Assembly: GCA_028023455.1 (NCBI GenBank)
Contig: JAQFVV010000006.1
Location: 11,718,001-11,782,000 of the forward strand
Length of the DNA stretch: 64,000 nucleotides
DNA from: Epiperipatus broadwayi
Taxonomy: Eukaryota > Animalia > Onychophora
Reading direction: 5' to 3'
Shown: positions 13,988 through 26,757 of the stretch, in pieces
Position numbering within the stretch: the first letter of the stretch is position 1
How the letters are laid out: each line of letters opens with the position of its first letter
Translations under genes and position numbers: made by a program
The notes under the pieces: model-generated
Seen by the model: only the letters and a program-made list of their open reading frames with translations
Told to the model about the DNA's origin: nothing
Databases searched by the model: none

Positions 13988-14160
13988 GTTGAAGTTGCTG
14001 ATTGTATGCAGACTTTATTTCGAGGTAATAGTCTTGGCAGCAAAATTATGGCATTTTGTTTTAAAATTTATGGAGCTAGCTACTTACATAATCTGCTAGA
14101 ACCTCTCATACGACCTCTACTTGCTGAGCCTAACGTTAGCTATGAAGTAGATCTTACCAG
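13988..14160 (+). CDS. NF1: Neurofibromin GRD exon with arginine finger: VEVADCMQTLFRGNSLGSKIMAFCFKIYGASYL...YEVDLTR
   Basis: RasGAP arginine-finger motif LFRGNS; acceptor tatag, donor GTTGTT; 173 nt. Confidence 0.96.
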
Positions 14161-14239
14161 GTTGTTCAATTGATCATTTAATTTTAAATGATTGTGGTTT
14201 TTAGTCCATCTTACACATGATCTTTGTTCTACCTTTCAG

Positions 14240-14332
14240 ACTAGAGAAAAATGAAAACGTTGAAGAAAACAAAAAGAATCTCATGCAACTCACACAAAAA
14301 GTCTTCAACTCAATCATCTCATCAGCCGATAA
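14240..14332 (+). CDS. NF1: Neurofibromin exon: LEKNENVEENKKNLMQLTQKVFNSIISSAD
   Basis: Follows a 79-nt intron; acceptor ctttcag, donor GTAAGT; phase 2/2 keeps the frame. Confidence 0.94.
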
Positions 14333-14734
14333 GTAAGTTTTTTCATTAATTTATTATGAATGAAAGTATTTAAGCGCCTTCTATTAACTTTTTGTTTAAA
14401 TAACATACCTATTATATATTATCCTAAATTTAATACAAGACTCACAGGACTGGTTTTCATGTATTACGTTTAAACATTAAAAGAAATCCTAAAAATTTGC
14501 AAATTGCTGTGTTGTTATTATTTTAGTTATTGTTTTTGCTATTATTATTATTGGAATTTAAAGAGAATTCTCTTCTAATGATGCATTTTAATCAAATCAT
14601 CTCTTTATATTTAATTTTATGTATTTGAACAAGATTATTAAAAATGTCAAATTTAAACATAGATAAAATTAGATGTAACGGGGAGGCAAATTGATTGTTA
14701 TTATACTTGTGTTATTATTGCTATTTTATCATTA

Positions 14735-15650
14735 TTACTATTAAAATCAATAAAATATCACATGATTATTACTTGACTCAGGTTACTTGAAGTTTCAGCA
14801 GTACACTTTTTTTTTTCACCACAGCTATGCCACTTATTGTAAGCTTTAGTAAGTAATAGGTGCCATTGCTGTCCTTTCCAATATCCTCAGACTAGTTTCA
14901 TGCTTATGGCTTTGATCAATGAGAAGCTTTGGTTTTGGACCAATATCTGGACCTTTAGGATCTAGTGCACCATTTCTCGGTTTTCCATCATTTATCTTTC
15001 TGTTTCCCTATCAAACTATCAGCCCAGTTTGAAAATCATGGTTTTCGGTATAAGCCAATTTGCTTGTATAGTCATATAAAACTGAAACCAGTTCAGTTTC
15101 TATATATTATGGTGTCCTTAGATTTTTAACAACTATAAGTACCTCTGTTCTATGACCAAGAATTATAAAACCAATAAAATATTACATGATTATCAACATG
15201 ACTTCCGCTTATTCAATGTTGGTCAGCAGCATTCTTTTATCTTCAGACAATAATGCCACTTATCATAAGCTTTAATAAATAGTAGATGCAGATGATAGTG
15301 CTTAATAAATCCTTATCCACTGTTGCCCTATCCATTATCCCCAGACTAGCTTCAAGCTTATGTCATTCGTCAGTGACGAGCTTTGGATCTTGGACCCGCG
15401 CCTGAATCTTTACAATGTAGTGCATCGTTTGAGCCATCATTTATCTTTTTATTTGACTATCAAGCTATCGGTCCAATTTGACAAAAAAAAACAACAACAT
15501 ATAAATGTTTTCAATATAAGCTAATTTGCCTGGCACTGATCTGGAGATATTGGATAGAACAGTACTAAGTAGAGATATATTAAGCATTATCATCTGCATC
15601 TGTTAATTACTAAAGCTTACAATAGATGGCATAACTGTGATGAAAGAAAA
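14735..15650. mobile_element. Cluster of diverged family-1 copies: two minus-strand units in tandem (about 430-bp period) plus an inverted fragment
   Basis: AATAAAATATYACATGATTAT...GCCACTTAT...CAGACTAGYTTCA...CCATCATTTATCTTT occurs at about 14745 and again at about 15172. Confidence 0.65.
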
Positions 15651-17182
15651 ATGTGCTGCTATTGTTATTATAGCTGTTATTATCATCACCTTAATAGTAC
15701 AATTAAGTTCATTTAACTATCATTTAATCAAACATGATGTTAATGAAAATAAAAATTAATTAAATCATTAACTGCAGAGCAAAAGGCCTCTCCAACCGTC
15801 ACCCAACAAAAAACATTGAAAGAGAACACATTACTAATCAGGCCACTACTGGAGGTGAAAATTTTAGAGACTTTCTTCTCTCTTTTTTTTTTTAACCCTC
15901 TAGCTAAGAATATCTAGATATCTATTTGTAGACCAATATTAACAAGGTTAGCTGGATCATTAAAGGCACGTTATTTGAAAAAATTATCCTAAGTTAACCC
16001 AGATTGGATTTGAATTTTAGATGGTGGGCAGATGCCCAAATGATTTCTCAAATACTATGGATTATATAATTAGATATTAATAACGATTATATCTAATTTT
16101 TAGTTAAAAGTTATATGAAAATATCAATTAACTCTTAATGCAAAAAAAAGTAAAGATAAATAAGAAGTTGCACATTTAATTACGAATATAAATTTGTTAT
16201 TAATTTTAACACTTCAACAATTCCAATCAAATAACTAAAGTAACTACAACTATGGAAATTATGTTTTCACTATCTACCTGTTCAGTTTTAGTAAGTTGTT
16301 GACTGTATTTGAAATATTGTTTTATGAGTTTCTGGTCCTTGAAATAACAAAAAAAATTTTTATCATTACTTGTAATTGTGCAAAACTATGGTGGCTAAAG
16401 ATGAAATGAAGGAAATTTTCCCAGTATTAATTCTCATAGCTAAATATTTTTCAAGAACAAATATTTTAGTCTAGTGGTAGAACAGTAAACATGAGAGCTG
16501 AAGGTCCACAGATTTATTCCAGTGCTTGACTATCTTATGAACTACTGAGTGACAAACTGTTCAGTCATTTATGCTTTTCAAAATGGTTTACAAATTTATT
16601 CTGAATGAACAAGGCACAGATTCTTTGCATATGAGATACGTTTTTTAAAGTCAAATATAAATTACTTGAGACCTTCCATTCTCTTAGAATAAACTCTTAA
16701 GTTTGCAAAATCTAAAATCGCTGGAGTGCTTTCATGTTGGATATTTGTTTAGAATTTTTGAAAAATATATAAAATCAGATTAATTGCCTGCTCAAAGCTA
16801 AATTAGTCTTCATGCATGTTAGGTAGTATTATTTTTTTTATGGCAATAGCTTTACAATTTAACAGTGTGTTTCGAATGCAGTAAGTTCAGTTGATTGGAT
16901 CATCCATTGTTTTTTTTTTTTACAAAATGTTTAAAAAGACCATTAAAGTATTTATTGACTGATTTAAGAAGAAAGAAAACATAAATAACCCGAACTGGAT
17001 AGACATACAGTAGAATCAAAGAAATTGCCTAGGGGTGTTGAATAAGATGGAGTATTTCTAAGTTCCATAAATTGTAAAAAAATTATTATATGTCAATAAA
17101 TTAATTTGAAAATAAATATGATCATCATTGAAATCGCTTATACTTATCCTGGTCATATTACATTACAACAGTCTATCTTAAC

Positions 17183-17778
17183 TAGGGTGACCAGACTGGT
17201 TCGATCAAAAATCGGGACATAATGACCAATCATTTTTACAGCATTACATCTTTTTTTTTTATATATAAAACTCCATTCCTGTGTATATTCATCTTTCTAA
17301 GTACACTTCCTCTTTGGCATGTTATCTATTGTTTAGGGTTCTTAATATTCCTATTAATTTTATCACTATAGAAAACTGATATCAACAAAAAACTAGTAAA
17401 ACTACACTGTCAATCAAAGCAGGTGCAAGCGCAATTCAAATTTTAGCCTACAGAAATCCAAGTGCACATGCATCAAGGTGAGGTTGGATGCAAGAACGCG
17501 TCTAGCTTGAGATCCCAGCCATATAACGTTAAAGTGATATTTATTTTGGTGTTGGAATTTGTCTTAAGTTTTTATAATATTGTTGTAGAGATTGAAATGG
17601 ACAAAGAGTGCCAAGAAACTATCATTTTTGCAATGGATTATTTATGTATGGCAAATAATAATTATGAATATTTGAAAATCGGGGCATGCAATGGTCCCGA
17701 CAAAACATTTCGGGGATACCGGGAATGTCACCAAAATTAGGGACAAATCCTGAAAAATCAGGACGTCTGATCACCCTA
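17183..17778. mobile_element. Non-autonomous hAT-like DNA transposon
   Basis: TIR TAGGGTGACCAGA / TCTGATCACCCTA, subterminal GGGAC repeats, imperfect 8-bp target duplication ATCTTAAC / ATCTTGAT. Confidence 0.75.
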
Positions 17779-17932
17779 ATCTTGATTGAAACTAATTGTA
17801 GATTGAAAATTGACTACAACTATCTAATAAATATTGTTGCAAAAAAATAATGAGATGCAAAACTGTAATTTTATATCAGTTTTTTTTCTTTTGTGGATAA
17901 ATGTGTAATTTGTCATAATATATATTCTAACC

Positions 17933-17963
17933 TAGTAAACGAATGGGTTCTATTCGTTTACTA
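17933..17963. repeat. Perfect 12-bp stem, 7-nt loop hairpin (TAGTAAACGAAT-gggttct-ATTCGTTTACTA)
   Basis: Read directly; lies at the edge of an unexplained coding-like block. Confidence 0.85.
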
Positions 17964-20900
17964 AATCACTTTGGAAAGCCCAAACTCTTCCGTCTATGAT
18001 TCGGGTAGCAAACCCTATTTTACCTAATATAGCTCGACGTTTGGTTAGTTATATTAATTCAGCTACAGCGATATGCAGTTCAGACGAGTAGATAAAAAAT
18101 TATCATTAATAAAATAAATTAAAAGATTAGAATAAACTAACATTCTTTCCTATCCAAAACACATTCTCTGAGCTGTAAGTACTTGCACTGTTCGCAATGA
18201 TGATGATGATTTCATGTCATTGTTAATATTACTGACTAAAATAAAACATTCATTAATTTGCCAATATGATCTCAATATTTTATTATTATACAATCAGAAG
18301 TTTCAATCCTTAAGCCATGCCACGCTTGTAATATTGATCATAATGAATCAATTCTTAATTTAAGAGCACTTATAATAATGACACTAATCTCAGGGTTCTC
18401 TGTTATTTTTAAAGAAAATGCTCAGTAGTATTGTGTTGTCGCATATGACTGACATTCTGGTCGGCTATAGGAAACTTTACCTTATTTAAATTCCAGGTGT
18501 CTTCATCCACATATCAACTATTATAATATTTAACGAGATGATAACCATATTCAAGAACAACCATAATTTAGAATAATACAGCCCTTTTTAATCCAGAATC
18601 TCAGTCGAATGATGAAAAGACAAGGGTGCTTTTGTGTCCTTCCATTATCCATGACAACACAATAATTTAACTAAGATTTATTACTTAGACACTCACTTAA
18701 ATGTGTACGAAATAATGTGCAACCAAAACCTACTAGTTTGGGAATAAAGTGGTTTTACACACATATAAAATAAAATTCTTGGTCTGAAGTTTTCAATTCC
18801 ATAAATAATTCTTATTAAATTAAACTATACTGAAATATTATGATCTGCTTACAATTGTCTATCTGGTGTATTGAATTTAAGATTTCATAAATGATTTTGG
18901 ACTCAAGAAAGTATTGCAAGTATTATGCCAATACACTTTTATTTAGCACACAAGAAAAATGACTCAAAACAACTTGTAAAAGACTATAATTATTATTAAA
19001 TTTTAACAAGTTATGATTTATTATTACAGTTTAACAAAACTATCCTTTATGATTAACATAATAAACAAACATATACAATTTATTGATCCCATATGGATAA
19101 AACAAAATATAACTAACATTAATTCGTCTATACTTTAGACCTGGATTCGAACTACTTCTTCATCTTCTTTTTACATTTATGCAAATTGAATATAACAAAA
19201 TAAATATTATTATCGATACATCAACTCATCCGTTTAGTGTATCTTATATGAATGGTTACTTAACTTTATTAACTAACTATTTGTTTTAAAACAAAAACAA
19301 TTTGATTCTAGGCAATACGTACAAACGATTTTTATTATCATATCATTTAATTAAATGATAGTTTTTATTTAGATAACTTATTATAATTTATGGGTTATTT
19401 ATCAGAAGTTACACTTATTATTTTAATATTTACCTTAATAACAACTGAAGTTGTTATACACATGTATTCCTCAGTATAAGTTATATTTTGAGTGCTACTT
19501 AATCATTAACCCGAATTAAACCTAGTATTTGAACCCTCCATTGGCAAATAAAATTCTAAATCACGCAATTTTAAACTTACCTCTCCATTGACTTACGTGT
19601 GGATTACCAGCACTATTCCGCCGCACAATCCAGACATTGATCATATATACTAGCCGCTATTTTTACTAAATGGATCTTGAGGAATTAACCTCCAAATACC
19701 CGTTATCTTGCCATAACTTTCTAAACAAAACACAATATTCAACACCTTCCGTGGTGGAATTACTCTATTTTCTCATGAGGAATATGGAATAACACCGAAG
19801 GTCTGTAGAGTTAACTACTACATTAAAATAGTTTGGTGGGTCCTTGCCTCTTACTTGGGCATAATAGGAACATACACCAAATATAATCCTCTCCTGGGAT
19901 TTTAACGAATGAAATACACTAAATACGATATAAATTACTGATCGTCCTAACTCTGAGAAGGATCACTTGGGTTATAAACATACCCGAATACTAGATTTAT
20001 CTATTCCCCTCATGGAAAATAAAGCTTTTGGGGAGATCATTTTCCATCCCACAAAATAAAGACATTACAATTATTACTTATGCGAATCTTAAGCATATAC
20101 CAATGCTATATCGGGGCAAGACAAGCAAATACACTAATTACACCAAATTTATGTTCCGGGGTATACTTAGATCAACGTCTGAAATCAATGGATAACACAG
20201 AATAAACCATAATAATTTTCACCTTTGCCAAAGAAACATTCAACAAGTAATTAGTAGTCTAGTATCTCGAACTTAATTAAGTGAATGCGTTAATAAAGAA
20301 TAATTGGGAATAAGTTCCTCAATTAACATAGTATAAATTTGTTTCAAACTTTAAATAAGTAATATCCTGTATAGCACTTCTCTTTACTTACTTCTGATAA
20401 TTTTAACTAGATATTTTACCTATTAAGTATCTAAATTTTTCTTCTTTTACGCATCTAACATATAAATTTATACCCATAATTGCATATCATAAGTAAACAC
20501 ATTTTATAAAAAAAATTCCATGTCAAATATAAATTAACCTAGAATAATTACAGAAAAATACCTTTATGATTACAAGGTCATTTAAATATTACTTGACTAT
20601 ACAGCCTTTAACCTGTAGATATAAAAAAAGAATACACATAATTTTACAAATTAGTAAAAAAATCATTACTTAACAAGTGCTTATTATCTCACAGAAAAAT
20701 TTTCCATTGGGCAATTTATCCAGATGAGAACTTGATCCATCGTAGTTCAGCATTTAAAATAAGAACTTATTATTTCATTTTATAAAGTTGCCTCCATTCT
20801 GATGCACTAATAAATTAGCAAGAAAACTAGCACGTTGGATGTTAATCTTCCTTGAATTAACTGATATAATTTTGGGATCCAGAAAAATACATATTTTAAC

Positions 20901-23900
20901 ATGACGATATTTGACGATAGACGATCACATATACAATTCTTTTCTTTTACTATTGCGTTATCATTTAGCTAGCTGCTTAGGATAAAAAATCGCGATTTTC
21001 CAAATACTATTATTATAAGACTGCAGCTGACTTACGTGGTATAAAGTTTACCCTAATTGATGTATAATATAACATTATATTATGGTTATAATTAAGTCTA
21101 ATGTTTGTAGTTTTTATTCTACTCTAGGAATTGTAATTTTTCTTTAATAATGAATTCTCTGTAAAATGCACACATACAATCGATATTTGCCTTGAGAAAA
21201 TTTATATTTTCTTTTAAAAAGTACAGGTGCATAAGTAAATATCCTTTATCATTAATATATTTCTAGATAATTCAGTGAATAAAATATTTTAACGTGGGGA
21301 ATACTTGTTTTTCAAAGCCATCTTAGAAAGAGAATTTTCAGTTAACTTCCTTGGCTTTTATAATATGTCTTAAATTATAAATTCTTTATACCCAAAAGTA
21401 ATTAAATAAGGTAAAGTAACAAATCTTGATTATTTCCTGAAATTACTCTATTACTTATTTTAAATATAATGACATTTTCCGTGATTGCTGTAGTCAATAC
21501 GGTCATTTTGAACTTTAGCATAAGATAGTATAAAAAGCTTTAAAATAGGTAGATGGCAATAGAAAACAGAATATCTTATCAAATAGGATTAGCCACGCTA
21601 TATTACTAACAATTTACTGACTTATATTTATTTCTGCAATAAAAATAATAAAAAATTTGTTACCAATTTCAGTACTGTCTCCTTGTAAAACTAATGTCAG
21701 ACTAAACTTTTTCAAAATTGGCGTCTTTTAGCGACCTCTTACAGAAAAATAATCATTTAATTATAACATAAAAAAAGAAAGGAAAAAAAAATTATTACAG
21801 TCATATATTTTTCATATGATTTAAATAATTAAAGTAATTTGACAAATAATGAAAAATAATAAATATACTCAATTAATAATTAGTGATGTATATTTCTTTT
21901 AAATATGATTTTCTACAAAATAAATTATCAGAAGTTATTGTGCTTTATGACAAGACATTCATCTACTCTACCCATCCAAAATCAATTACTGTTTATGATA
22001 GGTGCTTTTATACTATATTAAATTGCTCTTATTGTTAATATTTTAATTAAATTATTCATGCTCTTCTTCAAAATGACATCAAATTACTAAATTTTTTAGT
22101 TATTTGCTTAAAACACGTTAAAGTGAGTAAATAGCATATTTTATTAATCACTTAATATTATTATTATTTTACTTTTTTATTTCCTAGAAAAGGATAGCAT
22201 TGTTTTCCTGTGGAAACGATGCTAAATAAACCAAGTGTCAATAACACTAGGTTACAATATATATATTCATTTTTTAATATTTTCTATAGATAATTTTTAC
22301 ATATTATTTTTTTTGCTATGATGGTTGTGAGGTTATGGGGGCATAATATTTTCTGCTTAGGTATAACATAAAATAATATTTATAGAATGAATGCTTCTGA
22401 TTTGTGAGTTCAGCCACAGAATGTCTTCATTATTTCTAACAGAAAAATTTATAACTTAATATGTAAATACTTTTATAAACTTAATACAATGATTTTTTTT
22501 TTGTTTCGCTTTTGTATATTTTCTTACAGCAGAAATTATGTACTTGAGATATATGGGGATAGCGTAAAGTGACAAGGACACTTTTCATTTTACACTATAT
22601 GACATCTTGCATGGAAGTGAAAATATACATCTATGTAATATTTTTTTTTTTTACAAATTAAAGATGGCAAGGAGTTAGTTAGTTAAAAATAAGTTTTACA
22701 AGACTAAGAAGAAATACCATACTTTTCTGAGTTTATAAAGAATTAAATATTGTGCCAAATTATCTGGTACTTTAGCGTTAAAAAATATTTAATTATTGAA
22801 TGTTTCAAGATTGAGAAGTCTGTCACTGATTCGTTGAAAATGGCAGATTAGTTAGAACCAATTTTGGCCAGAAATTGATGCTTAGAGAGGTTGATTGGGC
22901 ATTACAAGAATTACAGTCAGATAATTCTAACTTGCAGTAGAATCCCTTTAACTAACAGTATTGCAGTGTATATCAAATGATTTTGGTAAGAGCTTGATAA
23001 ATATAATATTTATGATAAAGCTGTCATTTCAATGCCACAACTTTCTGATTTGAAAATACAATGGGAGAACATTAACATCGCTAACTTAAAAACTGGGTAG
23101 TGCATCACAAAGTATTTTTTACAATTTTGCTAACCCTTTTTATTTTTGGAAGTTCTCAGAATAATCTCTTAATTTGACCATCTTTTTTTAATAGTAAAAT
23201 TGGTGAAATTTCATAATTTGTAAAGTCATGTCAAGGTTTAATCACAGCTGAGAAAAAATGTTGGTGTAGAACATAGACATTTTTCTTATTCAAGAATAAC
23301 CCATAGAGGCTCAACATTTAAATCACATGATACAGAAAGTTTGTAACATTATATATATATATATTTTGCCTATATTTGATGGTGTGAGCTATAGGAATTG
23401 GAGATGCCATTTTTAAAAACTAATGATTTGCATTAGATAAATGTGGTTAATTAAAATTTTTACGTAGTCTACAACTTCTGGATCATGTTTTTCAATAGCA
23501 AAATATAGTGGAAGTGTCATAGTTTGGACAACCTTTTAATGGCCTAATCTTAGCCAGTTCTTATGTTGCAAACTATTAACCGGGCTTAACTAATGCAAAT
23601 AGTACAACTCCTTCAATCAAATACAGGTTCAAGGAACATAAATATGTCTTATACCTTTTGTGTCACATGATTTAAGAAGCATCAAATTCCTATTAATCAT
23701 TTCTGAACATTAAAGGAAATGCCTATAATCTTCACTAATATCTCACAGATAAGTTATCGATTTTTTGCTTTTAGTAATATTTTAAGGTTTTTTTCAGTAT
23801 TAATATTTAATAATTCAATTTTACTTTGAATGGAAGACCTTAATAAAAATGGTATGTTACACCATTGGTAAAAATATCGCAAATATTTGTACTATTTTGC

Positions 23901-24256
23901 CCAATTTCTGTATTTATTTATTTTTAATACTAATTATTATATACAAATATTTTAAAATGAAGATTTTCATGTGTAAAATTTATAAACGTAGTTTTCTTAT
24001 TTGTGTGCATGTGCGTTTATGAACAGTATTTTTGGTTCATTCATGTATACACTTAGTTGTTGTTAAAACTATTATATTATACCTGCATTTTGATTAGCTC
24101 ACACTAGCTGTTATAATAATAATGTTAATTTTAACACTAAGCAAATATAAGCACGGAAACTGTGTTCATATTTTTTATTCATGAAAATATTTGCTTTAAT
24201 TTACATGTATTTAGTCTATATAGTTTTTTTTTTTTTGCTTGTATTTATTATTTTAG

Positions 24257-24381
24257 ATTTCCGCCTCAGTTACGTAGTATGTGCCACTGTTTGTATCAAG
24301 TTGTTGGCCATCGCTTCCCACAAAACAGTATCGGTGCTGTAGGGACTGTCATATTCCTCAGGTTTATCAATCCGGCCATTG
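24257..24381 (+). CDS. NF1: Neurofibromin GRD exon: FPPQLRSMCHCLYQVVGHRFPQNSIGAVGTVIFLRFINPAI
   Basis: Contains the RasGAP FLR motif; acceptor ttttag, donor GTAATT; 125 nt. Confidence 0.97.
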
Positions 24382-25789
24382 GTAATTGTTACTTTAAAGT
24401 TTTTTAATTGTAAGTTTGGTTGTAAATATGTGTGCATATTCTTTCACAAGATATTAATTGCAATTGTCCAGGATATAGTGATTTAATTCCATTAGAAATT
24501 GTAATTAAATAATTTAAAAGTCTATGTATTGTATTTTTGTTCATATGTGAAATCCAATCAAAACAAATTTATATTAACAAAATCTTTTAACAAGTCTGTT
24601 TATTATATTTCAATCTCTAAATATGAAAACATTCATAGCAATATAGTGCTGAATTTTACACATCTACCTCATTTTTTAGAATGCTATCTCTTTTTAAATA
24701 TGTATATGATTTTTTTAGACCAATTACGAGCAATAAAAAGAAATTAAAATTTGTCATTTTGATTATTATTTAACTATGATTAATGCAAAACATATCTTTT
24801 TAATAAAGTGTAGAGAAATTCCTCAAAGAATGCATGAAAACAGAAAGGAAATATAAATATCTCAAACAATACATGAAAAAACAGGGTTTTTGTATTTGCA
24901 ACTTTTAAGAATCATGAGAACTGACATAATCCATAAAGCATTGTAATATATGATTAGAAGTCTAAAAACATATACTACAAACTTTCAAATGAACTGTATA
25001 ATTGCTTAAAAAATATTGATACCATCTTGTCATAAATGATGATGTATTCTTATAGCTGTTGTCATTTTTATATTTTTTGCAGTATAACGAATTGCAAAAA
25101 TATGAGGATTATACACTTATAAAGTAACGATTGACATTCAAATTCTAAGCTATTTACGGATAATCTAAATACATGAATGGTACCAAATGCTGAATAATAT
25201 AAATTTTAAATGCGCACATATACACACACAAAAGACATTTCGATGTTATATACCGAGTTACCAAAAATGTATACACATTTGAAGAGACATTATGCAATTC
25301 TTTTCGAATTTGTTTTGAATTACAATAGCAATGTGTAGCATAATGTTCGCTCAAAAGATGGCATTAATCAAATGAATGCTATCATTACCATATGATAAGC
25401 AGGATAGTCAAAGAAAATAGGGAAACACAATTGTCATTTGAAGAACTCAAGACCATTTTGAAGTGATATTTGAAATTTAAGAATGTTGTGGAAGTACAGC
25501 GTCCATGGAAGCATGAGTATGCAACAGAAATTAAAATGCATGTGTACTGATATAAATGGACATTGTGATCATTGTTGCTCAAGCAATAGTTCGCCATAAT
25601 CAGAAGTGTCCAGATGCTGACTATAACTATAGAACCTCTTGTAATTGCAGAAATCAAATGTTATTTCTGTTTCATTTTTTATTATCGGTATATACTGAGC
25701 ATTAAAATTTTAATGCAGTTTTTTGTTTCTTAAAAGGTGTATACATTTTTGACATCTTGTGTATATTCAATATGCAGTATATTCATATA

Positions 25790-26757
25790 GACCTGGGTCT
25801 CGTTTTACGCGATAGATAGGTTCCTCAGAAAACACGCGCAAAAGAAATCGCACAAAAATAGATGTAACTTACCTTGAAAAAGGGGGGCTACGGACTGTGA
25901 TTTTTCAAAAATCGCATAAAAGCAAAGCACCAACGTAAAATTACTTTAAAATTCGCGCAAAAAAAAAAATAAGGAAATAAAATATGACTAATAAAAAATT
26001 TCAAATTTGAAAAAAATTGATACAAGACAAACTTTTTTTAACTATAATATTTAATTTTATTCAAAACAATATATTTTTATGCATAATTTACAGTAATTTA
26101 CATTTTTTTATACACGTTTTAATTATTATCGCTATTTTCCGATAAACAGGTTCGTTTGCAAACTGGTAAAAAATCAAATTCTTCACAAGAGGAAATACAA
26201 CTAGCGCCAACTTCACTCTCATGTTGTGTTAATGGTTTTCTGGTGACAACATAATTAGTAATTAATCTAACAACTAAAAATTAAGTTCTCATTTTTGTCT
26301 TTAATTTTTTAATTTTCAATTTTAATTGTGCCCACTGCTATTACTCACCTTTTAAAAATAAACTTGCGGACACTAAATGATTAATAATTGATTACGTTAT
26401 TTTTTAAAAAGCAAAAACAGAATGTGATTTAAAATGCAAAATTAACACGCACAATGTTTGAACAAATTTACATTATAATCTTGTAAAATTTAATGTGGGT
26501 ATACATAAAATGTGGAAATCATGATTTTAATTTCATTATTGCATAAAATCTTACTATTATAAAGCACTGAAAATATTGAAATTACTAAGATGAAAGTCGA
26601 ATTTCAATAATGTGCTATTACTTTCAATATGACATAAGTGCGCAAAATTTATTATTTAAAGTAATAGCGCATTATCGGAGTTCGACTTCCGAAGAATCAT
26701 GAATCGCGTAACTTCAAAATTGCGTTAAATAAATCCGCGTAAAACGAGACCCAGGTG
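25790..26757. mobile_element. Non-autonomous Tc1/mariner (pogo/Tigger-like) element, 968 bp
   Basis: 22-bp TIR (G/C)ACCTGGGTCTCGTTTTACGCG with TA on both flanks (25788-89, 26758-59); CpG-rich subterminal regions. Confidence 0.85.

Noticed and set aside
17462-17740. 92-aa ORF inside the hAT-like element
   Set aside because: No recognisable transposase motif; it runs into subterminal repeats.
22750-23480. Possible decayed hAT transposase on the minus strand (IAHTI and DRLLNLETF..IFL-like peptides)
   Set aside because: Similarity is too weak and fragmented to support by eye; needs an HMM search.
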